Assembly: GCA_964016885.1 (NCBI GenBank) | Contig: OZ024743.1 | Coordinates: 135,780,001 to 135,844,000, forward strand | Direction of reading: 5' to 3' | Length of the DNA: 64,000 bases | DNA from: Eledone cirrhosa | Lineage: Eukaryota | Part shown: positions 23,850-36,700 of the stretch, piece by piece | Numbering within the stretch: the first letter of the stretch is position 1 | Layout: the number at the start of each line of letters is the position of its first letter | Notes under the pieces: model-generated | What the model was told of the DNA's origin: nothing | Seen by the model: only the letters and a program-made list of their open reading frames with translations | The model's database searches: none | Program-made: the position numbers and the translations under genes

Positions 23850-24780
23850 TGCTTGGTGCTTGGTGTCTGGTGGTTGGTGCTTGGTGCTTGGTGTTAGGTG
23901 TTTGGTGCTTGGTGCTTGCTGGTTGGTATTTGGTGCTTGGTGTTTGGTGCTGGGTGCTTGGTTTTTGGTGCTGGGTGCTTGGTGTTTGGTGCTTGGTGCT
24001 TGTTCTTTGGTGCTTTGTGTTTGGTGTTTGGTGCTTGGTGCTTGGTGTTTGGTGTTTGGTGCTTGGTGTTTGGTGCTTGGTGCTTGGTGTTTGGTTTTTG
24101 GTGCTTGGTGTTTGGTGTTTGGTGTTTGGTGCTTGCTGCTGGCTGCTTGGTGTTTGATGCATGGTGATTTGTGCTTGGTGTTTGGTGCTTGGTGTTTGGT
24201 GTTTGATGCTTGGTGCTTGGTGTTTGGTGTTTGATGCTTGGTGCTTGGTGCTTGGTGTTTGGTGCTTGGTGTTTGGTGTTTGGTGCTTGGTCATTGGTGT
24301 TTCTACTTGGTGCTTGGTGCTTGGTTCTTGGTGTTTGGTGCTTGGTGCTTGGTGTTTGGTGTTATATGCTTGGTGTTTGATGCTTGGTGCTTGGTGCTTG
24401 GTGTTTGGTGTTTGGTGTTAGATGCTTGGGGCTTGGTGTTTGGTGCTTGGTGCTTGGTGTTTGTACTTGGTGCTTGGTGCTTGGTGCTTGGTGTTTGGTG
24501 CTTGGTATTTGGTGCTTGGTGCTTGGTGCTTGGTCCTTGGTGCTTGGTGTTTGGTGGTTGGTGTTTGGTGGTTGGTGTTAGGTGTTTGGTGCTTGGTGCT
24601 TGGTGTTTGGTGTTTGGTGCTTGGTGTTTGGTGTTTGGTGCTTGGTGTTTGGTGCTTGGTACTTGGTGCTTTGTGCTTGGTGTTAGGTGTTTGGTGCTTG
24701 GTGTTTGGTGCTTGGTGTTTGGTGCTTGGTGCTTGGTGCTTGGTGCTTGGTGTTTGGTGGTTGGTGTTTGGTGCTTGGTG
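23850..24780. repeat. Dispersed copy (about 930 bp) of about 18475-19410
   Basis: Offset 5376 for ORF pairs 18522/23898, 18785/24161, 18862/24238, 19311/24687. Confidence 0.88.
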
Positions 24781-24799
24781 TTTGGTGCTTGGTGTTTGG

Positions 24800-27700
24800 T
24801 GCTTGGTGCTTGGTGCTTGGTGTTTGGTTCTTGGTTCTTGGTGTTTGGTGTTTGGCGTTTGGTGTTTGGTGGTTGGTGCTTGGTGTTTGGTGCTTGGTGC
24901 TTGGTGTTTGGTGCCTGGTGCGTGGTGCTTGGTGCTTGGTGTTTGGTGTTTGGTGCTTGGTGCTTGGTGCTTGGAGTTTGGTGTTTGGTGCTTGGTGCTT
25001 TGTGTTTTGTGTTTGGTGTTTGGTTTTTGGTGCTTGGTGCTTGGTCATTGGTGTTTGGTGCTGGGTGCTTTGTGTTTTGTGCTTGGTGCTTGGTGTTTGG
25101 TGTTTGCTGCTTGGTGTTTGATGCTTGGTGCTTGGTGCTTGGTGTTTTGTGTTTGGTGCTTGGTTCTTGGTGTTTGGTGCTTGGTGCTTGGTACTTGGTG
25201 TTTGTACTTGGTGCTTGGTGCTTGGTGTTTGGTTCTTGGTTCTTGGTGTTTGGTACTTGGTGCTTGGTGCTTGATGTTTGGTGTTTGGTGCTTGGTGTTT
25301 GGTGCTTGGTACTTGGTGCTTGGTGCTTGGTGTTAGGTGTTTGGTGCTTGGTGCTTGGTGTTTGGTTTTTGGTGCTTGGTGCTTGGTGTTTGGTGTTTGG
25401 TGCTTGCTGCTGGCTGCTTGGTGTTTGATGCTTGGTGATTGGTGCTTGGTGTTTTGTGCTTGGTGTTTGGTGTTTGGTGCTAGGTGCTTGGTGTTTGGGG
25501 CTTGGTGCTTGGTGCTTGGTGTTTGGTGTTTGGTGTTAGGTGCTTGATGCTTGGTGTTTGGTGCTTGGTGCTGACTGGTTGGTGTTTAGTGCTTGGTGTT
25601 TGGTGCTGGGTGCTTGGTGTTTGGTGCTTGGTGCTTGGTCTTTGGTGCTTGGTGTTTGGTGTTTGGTGCTTGGTGCTTGGTCCTTGGTGTTTGGTGCTTG
25701 GTGCTTGGTGTTTGGTGCTTGGTGCTTAGTGTTTGGTGCTTGGTGCTTAGTGTTTGGTGCTAGGTGCTTGGTATTTCGTGTTTCGTGTTTGGTTTTTGGT
25801 GCTTGGTGCTTGGTGCTTGGTCCTTGGTGTTTGGTGCTGGGTGCTTGGTGTTTGGTGCTTGGTGCTTGGTGCTTGGTGCTTTGTGTTTGGTGCTTGGTGC
25901 TTGGTGTTTGGTGCTTGGTGCTTGGTGTTTGGTGCTTGGTGCTTGGTGTTTGGTTTTTGGTGCTTGGTGTTTGGTGTTTGGTGTTTGGTGCTTGCTGCTG
26001 GCTGCTTGGTGTTTGATGCATGGTGATTTGTGCTTGGTGTTTGGTGCTTGGTGTTTGGTGCTTGATGCTTGGTGCTTGGTGTTTGGTGTTTGATGCTTGG
26101 TGCTTGGTGCTTGGTGCTTGGTGCTTGGTGCTTGGTGTTTGGTGCTTGGTGTTTGGTGTTTGGTGCTGTTGATTGGTGTTTCTACTTGGTGCTTGGTGCT
26201 TGGTTCTTGGTATTTGGTGCTTGGTGCTTGGTGTTTGTACTTGGTGCTTGGTGCTTGGTGCTTGGTGTTTGGTGCTTGGTATTTGGTGCTTGGTGCTTGG
26301 TGCTTGGTCCTTGGTGCTTGGTGTTTGGTGGTTGGTGTTTGGTGGTTGGTGTTAGGTGTTTGGTGCTTGGTGCTTGGTGTTTGGTGTTTGGTGCTTGGTG
26401 TTTGGTGTTTGGTGCTTGGTGTTTGGTGCTTGGTACTTGGTACTTGGTGCTTGGTGTTAGGTGTTTGGTGCTTGGTGTTTGGTGCTTGGTGTTTGGTGCT
26501 TGGTGCTTGGTGCTTGGTGCTTGGTGTTTGGTGGTTGGTGTTTGGTGCTTGGTGTTTGGTGCTTGGTGTTACGTGTTTGGTGCTTGGTGCTTGGTGTTTG
26601 GTGTTTGGTGCTTGGTGTTTGGTGTTTGGTGCTTGGTGTTTGGTGCTTTTTGCTTGGTGCTTGGTGCTTGGTGTTTGGTGCTGGGTGCTTGGTGCTTGTT
26701 GTTTGGTGTTATATGCTTGGTGTTTGATGCTTGATGCTTGTTGCTTGGTGTTTGGTGTTTGGTGCTTGGTGTTTGATGCTTGGTGCTTGGTGCTTGGTGT
26801 TTGGTGTTTGGTGCTGGGTGTTTGGTGCTTGGTGCTTGGTGTTTGGTGCTTGGTGTTTGGTGCTTGGTGTTTGGTGCTTGGTGCTTGGTGCTTGGTGCTT
26901 GGTGTTTGGTGTTTGGTGCTTGGTGTTTGGTGCTTGGTACTTGGTGCTTGGTGCTTGGTGTTAGGTGTTTGGTACTTGGTGCTTGGTGTCTGGTTTTTGG
27001 TGCTTGGTGCTTGGTGTTTGGTGCTTGCTGCTGGCTGCTTGGTGTTTGGTGCTTGGTGATTGGTGCTTGGTGTTTGGTGTTTGGTGCTAGGTGCTTGGTG
27101 TTTGGTGCTTGGTGCTTGGTGTTTGGTGCTTGGTGCTTGGTGTTTGGTGCTTGGTGTTTGGTGCCTGGTGTTTGGTGCTTGGTGCTTGGTGCTTGGTGCT
27201 TGGTGCTTGGTGTTTGGTGCTTGGTGTTTGGTGCTTGGTGTTAGGTGTTTGGTGCTTGGTGCTTGGTGTTTGGTGTTTGGTGCTTGGTGTTTGGTGTTTG
27301 GTGTTATATGCTTGGTGTTTGATGCTTGGTGCTTGGTGCTTGGTGTTTGGTGCTTGGTGTTTGATGCTTGGTGCTTGGTGCTTGGTGTTTGGTGTTTGGT
27401 GCTTGGTGTTTGTACTTGGTGCTTGGTGCTTGGTTCTTGGTGTTTGGTTCTTGGTGTTTGGTGTTTGGTGCTTGGTGTTTGGTGTTTGGTGTTATATGCT
27501 TGGTGTTTGATGCTTGGTGCTTGGTGCTTGGTGTTTGGTGCTTGGTGTCAGATGCTTGGTGCTTGGTGCTTGGTGTTTGGTGCTTGGTGCTTGGTGTTTG
27601 TACTTGGTGCTTGGTGCTTGGTTCTTGGTGTTTGGTGCTTGGTGCTTGGTGTTTGGTGCTTGGTGCTTGGTGTTTGGTGCTTGGTGTTTGGTGCTTGGTG

Positions 27701-30700
27701 TTTGGTGCTTGGTGCTTGGTGCTTAGTGCTTGGTGTTTGGTGCTTGGTGTTAGGTGTTTGGTGCTTGGTGCTTGGTGTTTGGTGTTTGGTGCTTGGTGTT
27801 TGGTGCTTGGTGTTTGGTGTTAGGTGTTTGGTGCTTGGTGTTTGGTGTTTGGTTCTTGGTGTTTGGTGCTTGGTGTTTGGTGCTTGGTGTTTGGTGCTTT
27901 GTACTTTGTGCTTGGTGCTTCGTGTTAGGTGTTTGGTGCTTGGTGCTTGGTGTTTGGTTTTTGGTGCTTGGTGCTTGGTGTTTGGTGTTTGGTGCTTGCT
28001 GCTGGCTGCTTGGTGTTTGATGCTTGGTGATTGGTGCTTGGTGTTTTGTGCTTGGTGTTTGGTGTTTGGTGCTAGGTGCTTGGTGTTTGGTGCTTGGTGC
28101 TTGGTGCTTGGTGTTTGGTGTTTGGTTTTAGGTGCTTGGTGCTTGGTGTTTGGTGCTTGGTGCTGGGTGGTTGGTGTTTAGTGCTTGGTGTTTGGTGCTG
28201 GGTGCTTGGTGTTTGGTGCTTGGTGCTTGGTCTTTGGTGCTTGGTGTTTGGTGTTTGGTGCTTGGTGCTTGGTGCTTGGTGTTTGGTGCTTGGTGCTTGG
28301 TGTTTGGTGCTTGGTGCTTAGTGTTTGGTGCTTGGTGCTTAGTGTTTGGTGTTTGGTGCTTGGTGCTTGGTGTTTGGTGCTTACTGTTTGGTGCTTGGTG
28401 CTTGGTGTTTGCTGTTTGCTGTTTGCTGTTTAGTGTTTGTTGTTTGGTGTTTGTTGTTTGGTGTTTGCTGTTTGGTGTTTGGTGTTTGCTTTTTGGTGTT
28501 TGGTGTTTGCTGTATGTTGTTTGGTGTTTGGTGTTTGCTGTTTGGTGTTTGGTGCTTGTTGCTTGGTGTTTGGTGCTTGGTGCTTGGTGTTTGGTGCCTG
28601 GTGCTTGGTGCTTGGTGCTTTGTGTTTGGTGTTTGGTGCTTGGTGCTTGGAGTTTTTGTGTTTGGTGCTTGGTGCTTGGTGTTTCGTGTTTAGTGTTTGG
28701 TTTTTGGTGCTTGGTGCTTGGTGCTTGGTCCTTGGTGTTTGGTGCTGGGTGCATTGTTTTTGGTGCTTGGTGCTTGGTGCTTGGTGTTTGGTGTTTGCTG
28801 CTTGGTGTTTGATGCTTGGTGCTTGGTGGTTGGTGTTTTGTGTTTGGTGCTTGGTGCTTGGTGTTTGGTGCTTGGTGCTTGGTGCTTGGTGTTTGTACTT
28901 GGTGCTTGGTGATTGGTGTTTGGTTCTTGGTTCTTGGTGTTTGGTGTTTGGCGTTTGGTGTTTGGTGCTTGGTGCTTGGTGTTTGGTGCTTGGTGCTTGG
29001 TGTTTGGTGCCTGGTGCTTGGTGCTTGGTGCTTGGTGTTTGGTGTTTGGTGCTTGGTGCTTGGTGCTTGGTGCTTGGTCCTTGGTGTTTGGTGCTGGGTG
29101 CTTTGTGTTTTGTGCTTGGTGCTTGGTGTTTGGTGTTTGCTGCTTGGTGTTTGATGCTTGGTGCTTGGTGCTTGGTGTTTTGTTTTTGGTGCTTGGTTCT
29201 TGGTGTTTGGTGCTTGGTGCTTGGTACTTGGTGTTTGTACTTGGTGCTTGGTGCTTGGTGTTTGGTTCTTGGTTCTTGGTGTTTGGTACTTGGTGCTTGG
29301 TGCTTGATGTTTGGTGTTTGGTGCTTGGTGTTTGGTGCTTGGTACTTGGTGCTTGGTGCTTGGTGTTAGGTGTTTGGTGCTTGGTGCTTGGTGTTTGGTT
29401 TTTGGTGCTTGGTGCTTGGTGTTTGGTGTTTGGTCGTTGCTGCTGGCTGCTTGGTGTTTGATGCTTGGTGATTGGTGCTTGGTGTTTTGTGCTTGGTGTT
29501 TGGTGTTTGGTGCTAGGTGCTTGGTGTTTGGTGCTTGGTGCTTGGTGCTTGGTGTTTGGTGTTTGGTGTTAGGTGCTTGATGCTTGGTGTTTGGTGCTTG
29601 GTGCTGGGTGGTTGGTGTTTAGTGCTTGGTGTTTGGTGCTGGGTGCTTGGTGTTTGGTGCTTGGTGCTTGGTCTTTGGTGCTTGGTGTTTGGTGTTTGGT
29701 GCTTGGTGCTTGGTGCTTGGTGTTTGGTGCTTGGTGATTGGTGTTTGGTGCTTGGTGCTTAGTGTTTGGTGCTTGGTGCTTAGTGTTTGGTGCTAGGTGC
29801 TTGGTGTTTGGTGCTTGGTGCTTGGTGTGTGGTGCCTGGTGCTTGGTGTTTGGTGTTTGGTGTTTGGTGCTTGGTGCTTGGTGTTTGGTGTTTGCTGTTT
29901 GCTGTTTGGTGTTTGTTGTTTGGTGTTTGTTGTTTGGTGTTTGCTGTTTGGTGTTTGCTGTTTGCTTTTTGGTGTTTGGTGTTTGCTGTATGTTGTTTGC
30001 TGTTTGGTGTTTGGTGTTTGGTGTTTGGTGCTTGGTGCTTGCTGCTGGCTACTTGGTGTTTGATGCATGGTGATTTGTGCTTGGTGTTTGGTGCTTGGTG
30101 TTTGGTGTTTGATGCTTGGTGCTTGGTGTTTGGTGTTTGATGCTTGGTGCTTGGTGCTTGGTGCTTGGTGCTTGGTGTTTGGTGCTTGGTGTTTGGTGTT
30201 TGGTGCTTGGTTATTGGTGTTTCTACTTGGTGCTTGGTGCTTGGTTCTTGGTATTTGGTGCTTGGTGCTTGGTGTTTGGTGTTATATGCTTGGTGTTTGA
30301 TGCTTGGTGCTTGGTGCTTGGTGTTTGGTGTTTGGTGTTTGATGCTTGGTGCTTGGTGTTTGGTGCTTGGTGCTTGGTGTTTGTACTTGGTGCTTGGTGC
30401 TTGGTGCTTGGTGTTTGGTGCTTGGTATTTGGTGCTTGGTGCTTGGTGCTTGGTCCTTGGTGCTTGGTGTTTGGTGGTTGGTGTTTGCTGGTTGGTGTTA
30501 GGTGTTTGGTGCTTGGTGCTTGGTGTTTGGTGTTTGGTGCTTGGTGTTTGGTGTTTGGTGCTTGGTGTTTGGTGCTTGGTACTTGGTGCTTGGTGCTTGG
30601 TGTTAGGTGTTTGGTGCTTGGTGTTTGGTGCTTGGTGTTTGGTGCTTGGTGCTTGGTGCTTGGTGTTTGGTGGTTGGTGTTTGGTGCTTGGTGTTTGGTG

Positions 30701-33700
30701 CTTGGTGTTACGTGTTTGGTGCTTGGTGCTTGGTGTTTGGTGTTTGGTGCTTGGTGTTTGGTGTTTGGTGCTTGGTGTTTGGTGCTTTTTGCTTGGTGCT
30801 TGGTGCTTGGTGTTTGGTGCTGGGTGCTTGGTGCTTGGTGTTTGGTGTTATATGCTTGGTGTTTGATGCTTGGTGCTTGGTGCTTGGTGTTTGGTGTTTG
30901 GTGCTTGGTGTTTGATGCTTGGTGCTTGGTGCTTGGTGATTGGTGTTTGGTGCTGGGTGTTTGGTGCTTGGTGCTTGGTGTTTGGTGCTTGGTGTTTGGT
31001 GCTTGGTGTTTGGTGCTTGGTGCTTGGTGCTTGGTGCTTGGTGTTTGGTGTTTGGTGCTTGGTGTTTGGTGCTTGGTACTTGGTGCTTGGTGCTTGGTGT
31101 TAGGTGTTTGGTGCTTGGTGCTTGGTGTCTGGTTTTTGGTGCTTGGTGCTTGGTGTTTGGTGCTTGCTGCTGGCTGCTTGGTGTTTGGTGCTTGGTGATT
31201 GGTGCTTGGTGTTTGGTGTTTGGTGCTAGGTGCTAGGTGTTTGGTGCTTGGTGCTTGGTGTTTGGTGCTTGGTGCTTGGTGTTTGGTGCTTGGTGTTTGG
31301 TGCTTGGTGTTTGGTGCTTGGTGCTTGGTGCTTGGTGTTTGGTGCTTGGTGTTTGGTGCTTGGTGTTAGGTGTTTGGTGCTTGGTGCTTGGTGTTTGGTG
31401 TTTGGTGCTTGGTGTTTGGTGTTTGGTGTTATATGCTTGGTGTTTGATGCTTGGTGCTTGGTGCTTGGTGTTTGGTGCTTGGTGTTTGATGCTTGGTGCT
31501 TGGTGCTTGGTGTTTGGTGCTTGGTGCTTGGTGTTTGTACTTGGTGCTTGGTGCTTGGTTCTTGGTGTTTGGTTCTTGGTGTTTGGTGTTTGGTGCTTGG
31601 TGTTTGGTGTTTGGTGTTATATGCTTGGTGTTTGATGCTTGGTGCTTGGTGCTTGGTGTTTGGTGCTTGGTGTTTGATGCTTGGTGCTTGGTGCTTGGTG
31701 TTTGGTGCTTGGTGCTTGGTGTTTGTACTTGGTGCTTGGTGCTTGGTTCTTGGTGTTTGGTGCTTGGTGCTTGGTGTTTGGTGCTTGGTGCTTGGTGTTT
31801 GGTGCTTGGTGTTTGGTGCTTGGTGTTTGGTGCTTGGTGCTTGGTGCTTAGTGCTTGGTGTTTGGTGCTTGGTGTTAGGTGTTTGGTGCTTGGTGCTTGG
31901 TGTTTGGTGTTTGGTGCTTGGTGTTTGGTGCTTGGTGTTTGGTGTTAGGTGTTTGGTGCTTGGTGTTTGGTGTTTGGTTCTTGGTGTTTGGTGCTTGGTG
32001 TTTGGTGCTTGGTGTTTGGTGCTTGGTATTTGGTGCTTGGTGCTTCGTATTAGGTGTTTGGTGCTTGGTGCTTGGTGTTTGGTTTTTGGTGCTTGGTGCT
32101 TGGTGTTTGGTGTTTGGTGCTTGCTGCTGGCTGCTTGGTGTTTGATGCTTGGTGATTGGTGCTTGGTGTTTTGTGCTTGGTGTTTGGTGTTTGGTGCTAG
32201 GTGCTTGGTGTTTGGTGCTTGGTGCTTGGTGCTTGGTGTTTGGTGTTTGGTTTTAGGTGCTTGGTGCTTGGTGTTTGGTGCTTGGTGCTGGGTGGTTGGT
32301 GTTTAGTGCTTGGTGTTTGGTGCTGGGTGCTTGGTGTTTGGTGCTTGGTGCTTGGTCTTTGGTGCTTGGTGTTTGGTGTTTGGTGCTTGGTGCTTGGTGC
32401 TTGGTGTTTGGTGCTTGGTGCTTGGTGTTTGGTGCTTGGTGCTTAGTGTTTGGTGCTTGGTGCTTAGTGTTTGGTGTTTGGTGCTTGGTGCTTGGTGTTT
32501 GGTACTTACTGTTTGGTGCTTGGTGCTTGGTGTTTGGTGTTTGCTGTTTGCTGTTTGGTGTTTGATGTTTGGTGTTTGTTGTTTGGTGTTTGCTGTTTGG
32601 TGTTTGGTGTTTGCTTTTTGGTGTTTGGTGTTTGCTGTATGTTGTTTGGTGTTTGGTGTTTGGTGTTTGGTGTTTGGTGCTTGTTGCTTGGTGTTTGGTG
32701 CTTGGTGCTTGGTGTTTGGTGCCTGGTGCTTGGTGCTAGGTGCTTGGTGTTTGGTGTTTGGTGCTTGGTGCTTGGAGTTTGGTGTTTGGTGCTTGGTGCT
32801 TGGTGTTTCGTGTTTCGTGTTTGGTTTTTGGTGCTTGGTGCTTGGTGCTTGGTCCTTGGTGTTTGGTGCTGGGTGCATTGTGTTTGGTGCTTGGTGCTTG
32901 GTGCTTGGTGTTTGGTGTTTGCTGCTTGGTGTTTGATGCTTGGTGCTTGGTGGTTGGTGTTTTGTGTTTGTTGCTTGGTGCTTGGTGTTTGGTGCTTGGT
33001 GCTTGGTGCTTGGTGTTTGTACTTGGTGCTTGGTGATTGGTGTTTGGTTCTTGGTTCTTGGTGTTTGGTGTTTGGCGTTTGGTGTTTGGTGCTTGGTGCT
33101 TGGTGTTTGGTGCTTGGTGCTTGGTGTTTGGTTCTTGGTTCTTGGTGTTTGGTGTTTGGCGTTTGGTGTTTGGTGGTTGGTGCTTGGTGTTTGGTGCTTG
33201 GTGCTTGGTGTTTGGTGCCTGGTGCGTGGTGCTTGGTGCTTGGTGTTTGGTGTTTGGTGCTTGGTGCTTGGTGCTTGGAGTTTGGTGTTTGGTGCTTGGT
33301 GCTTTGTGTTTTGTGTTTGGTGTTTGGTTTTTGGTGCTTGGTGCTTGGTCATTGGTGTTTGGTGCTGGGTGCTTTGTGTTTTGTGCTTGGTGCTTGGTGT
33401 TTGGTGTTTGCTGCTTGGTGTTTGATGCTTGGTGCTTGGTGCTTGGTGTTTTGTGTTTGGTGCTTGGTTCTTGGTGTTTGGTGCTTGGTGCTTGGTACTT
33501 GGTGTTTGTACTTGGTGCTTGGTGCTTGGTGTTTGGTTCTTGGTTCTTGGTGTTTGGTACTTGGTGCTTGGTGCTTGATGTTTGGTGTTTGGTGCTTGGT
33601 GTTTGGTGCTTGGTACTTGGTGCTTGGTGCTTGGTGTTAGGTGTTTGGTGCTTGGTGCTTGGTGTTTGGTTTTTGGTGCTTGGTGCTTGGTGTTTGGTGT

Positions 33701-36700
33701 TTGGTGCTTGCTGCTGGCTGCTTGGTGTTTGATGCTTGGTGATTGGTGCTTGGTGTTTTGTGCTTGGTGTTTGGTGTTTGGTGCTAGGTGCTTGGTGTTT
33801 GGGGCTTGGTGCTTGGTGCTTGGTGTTTGGTGTTTGGTGTTAGGTGCTTGATGCTTGGTGTTTGGTGCTTGGTGCTGAGTGGTTGGTGTTTAGTGCTTGG
33901 TGTTTGGTGCTGGGTGCTTGGTGTTTGGTGCTTGGTGCTTGGTCTTTGGTGCTTGGTGTTTGGTGTTTGGTGCTTGGTGCTTGGTCCTTGGTGTTTGGTG
34001 CTTGGTGCTTGGTGTTTGGTGCTTGGTGCTTAGTGTTTGGTGCTTGGTGCTTAGTGTTTGGTGCTAGGTGCTTGGTATTTCGTGTTTCGTGTTTGGTTTT
34101 TGGTGCTTGGTGCTTGGTGCTTGGTCCTTGGTGTTTGGTGCTGGGTGCTTGGTGTTTGGTGCTTGGTGCTTGGTGCTTGGTGCTTTGTGTTTGGTGCTTG
34201 GTGCTTGGTGTTTGGTGCTTGGTGCTTGGTGTTTGGTGCTTGGTGCTTGGTGTTTGGTTTTTGGTGCTTGGTGTTTGGTGTTTGGTGTTTGGTGCTTGCT
34301 GCTGGCTGCTTGGTGTTTGATGCATGGTGATTTGTGCTTGGTGTTTGGTGCTTGGTGTTTGGTGCTTGATGCTTGGTGCTTGGTGTTTGGTGTTTGATGC
34401 TTGGTGCTTGGTGCTTGGTGCTTGGTGCTTGGTGCTTGGTGTTTGGTGCTTGGTGTTTGGTGTTTGGTGCTGTTGATTGGTGTTTCTACTTGGTGCTTGG
34501 TGCTTGGTTCTTGGTATTTGGTGCTTGGTGCTTGGTGTTTGTACTTGGTGCTTGGTGCTTGGTGCTTGGTGTTTGGTGCTTGGTATTTGGTGCTTGGTGC
34601 TTGGTGCTTGGTCCTTGGTGCTTGGTGTTTGGTGGTTGGTGTTTGGTGGTTGGTGTTAGGTGTTTGGTGCTTGGTGCTTGGTGTTTGGTGTTTGGTGCTT
34701 GGTGTTTGGTGTTTGGTGCTTGGTGTTTGGTGCTTGGTACTTGGTACTTGGTGCTTGGTGTTAGGTGTTTGGTGCTTGGTGTTTGGTGCTTGGTGTTTGG
34801 TGCTTGGTGCTTGGTGCTTGGTGCTTGGTGTTTGGTGGTTGGTGTTTGGTGCTTGGTGTTTGGTGCTTGGTGTTACGTGTTTGGTGCTTGGTGCTTGGTG
34901 TTTGGTGTTTGGTGCTTGGTGTTTGGTGTTTGGTGCTTGGTGTTTGGTGCTTTTTGCTTGGTGCTTGGTGCTTGGTGTTTGGTGCTGGGTGCTTGGTGCT
35001 TGTTGTTTGGTGTTATATGCTTGGTGTTTGATGCTTGATGCTTGTTGCTTGGTGTTTGGTGTTTGGTGCTTGGTGTTTGATGCTTGGTGCTTGGTGCTTG
35101 GTGTTTGGTGTTTGGTGCTGGGTGTTTGGTGCTTGGTGCTTGGTGTTTGGTGCTTGGTGTTTGGTGCTTGGTGTTTGGTGCTTGGTGCTTGGTGCTTGGT
35201 GCTTGGTGTTTGGTGTTTGGTGCTTGGTGTTTGGTGCTTGGTACTTGGTGCTTGGTGCTTGGTGTTAGGTGTTTGGTACTTGGTGCTTGGTGTCTGGTTT
35301 TTGGTGCTTGGTGCTTGGTGTTTGGTGCTTGCTGCTGGCTGCTTGGTGTTTGGTGCTTGGTGATTGGTGCTTGGTGTTTGGTGTTTGGTGCTAGGTGCTT
35401 GGTGTTTGGTGCTTGGTGCTTGGTGTTTGGTGCTTGGTGCTTGGTGTTTGGTGCTTGGTGTTTGGTGCTTGGTGTTTGGTGCTTGGTGCTTGGTGCTTGG
35501 TGCTTGGTGCTTGGTGTTTGGTGCTTGGTGTTTGGTGCTTGGTGTTAGGTGTTTGGTGCTTGGTGCTTGGTGTTTGGTGTTTGGTGCTTGGTGTTTGGTG
35601 TTTGGTGTTATATGCTTGGTGTTTGATGCTTGGTGCTTGGTGCTTGGTGTTTGGTGCTTGGTGTTTGATGCTTGGTGCTTGGTGCTTGGTGTTTGGTGTT
35701 TGGTGCTTGGTGTTTGTACTTGGTGCTTGGTGCTTGGTTCTTGGTGTTTGGTTCTTGGTGTTTGGTGTTTGGTGCTTGGTGTTTGGTGTTTGGTGTTATA
35801 TGCTTGGTGTTTGATGCTTGGTGCTTGGTGCTTGGTGTTTGGTGCTTGGTGTCAGATGCTTGGTGCTTGGTGCTTGGTGTTTGGTGCTTGGTGCTTGGTG
35901 TTTGTACTTGGTGCTTGGTGCTTGGTTCTTGGTGTTTGGTGCTTGGTGCTTGGTGTTTGGTGCTTGGTGCTTGGTGTTTGGTGCTTGGTGTTTGGTGCTT
36001 GGTGTTTGGTGCTTGGTGCTTGGTGCTTAGTGCTTGGTGTTTGGTGCTTGGTGTTAGGTGTTTGGTGCTTGGTGCTTGGTGTTTGGTGTTTGGTGCTTGG
36101 TGTTTGGTGCTTGGTGTTTGGTGTTAGGTGTTTGGTGCTTGGTGTTTGGTGTTTGGTTCTTGGTGTTTGGTGCTTGGTGTTTGGTGCTTGGTGTTTGGTG
36201 CTTTGTACTTTGTGCTTGGTGCTTCGTGTTAGGTGTTTGGTGCTTGGTGCTTGGTGTTTGGTTTTTGGTGCTTGGTGCTTGGTGTTTGGTGTTTGGTGCT
36301 TGCTGCTGGCTGCTTGGTGTTTGATGCTTGGTGATTGGTGCTTGGTGTTTTGTGCTTGGTGTTTGGTGTTTGGTGCTAGGTGCTTGGTGTTTGGTGCTTG
36401 GTGCTTGGTGCTTGGTGTTTGGTGTTTGGTTTTAGGTGCTTGGTGCTTGGTGTTTGGTGCTTGGTGCTGGGTGGTTGGTGTTTAGTGCTTGGTGTTTGGT
36501 GCTGGGTGCTTGGTGTTTGGTGCTTGGTGCTTGGTCTTTGGTGCTTGGTGTTTGGTGTTTGGTGCTTGGTGCTTGGTGCTTGGTGTTTGGTGCTTGGTGC
36601 TTGGTGCTTGGTGTTTGGTGCTTGGTGCTTAGTGTTTGGTGCTTGGTGCTTAGTGTTTGGTGTTTGGTGCTTGGTGCTTGGTGTTTGGTGCTTACTGTTT

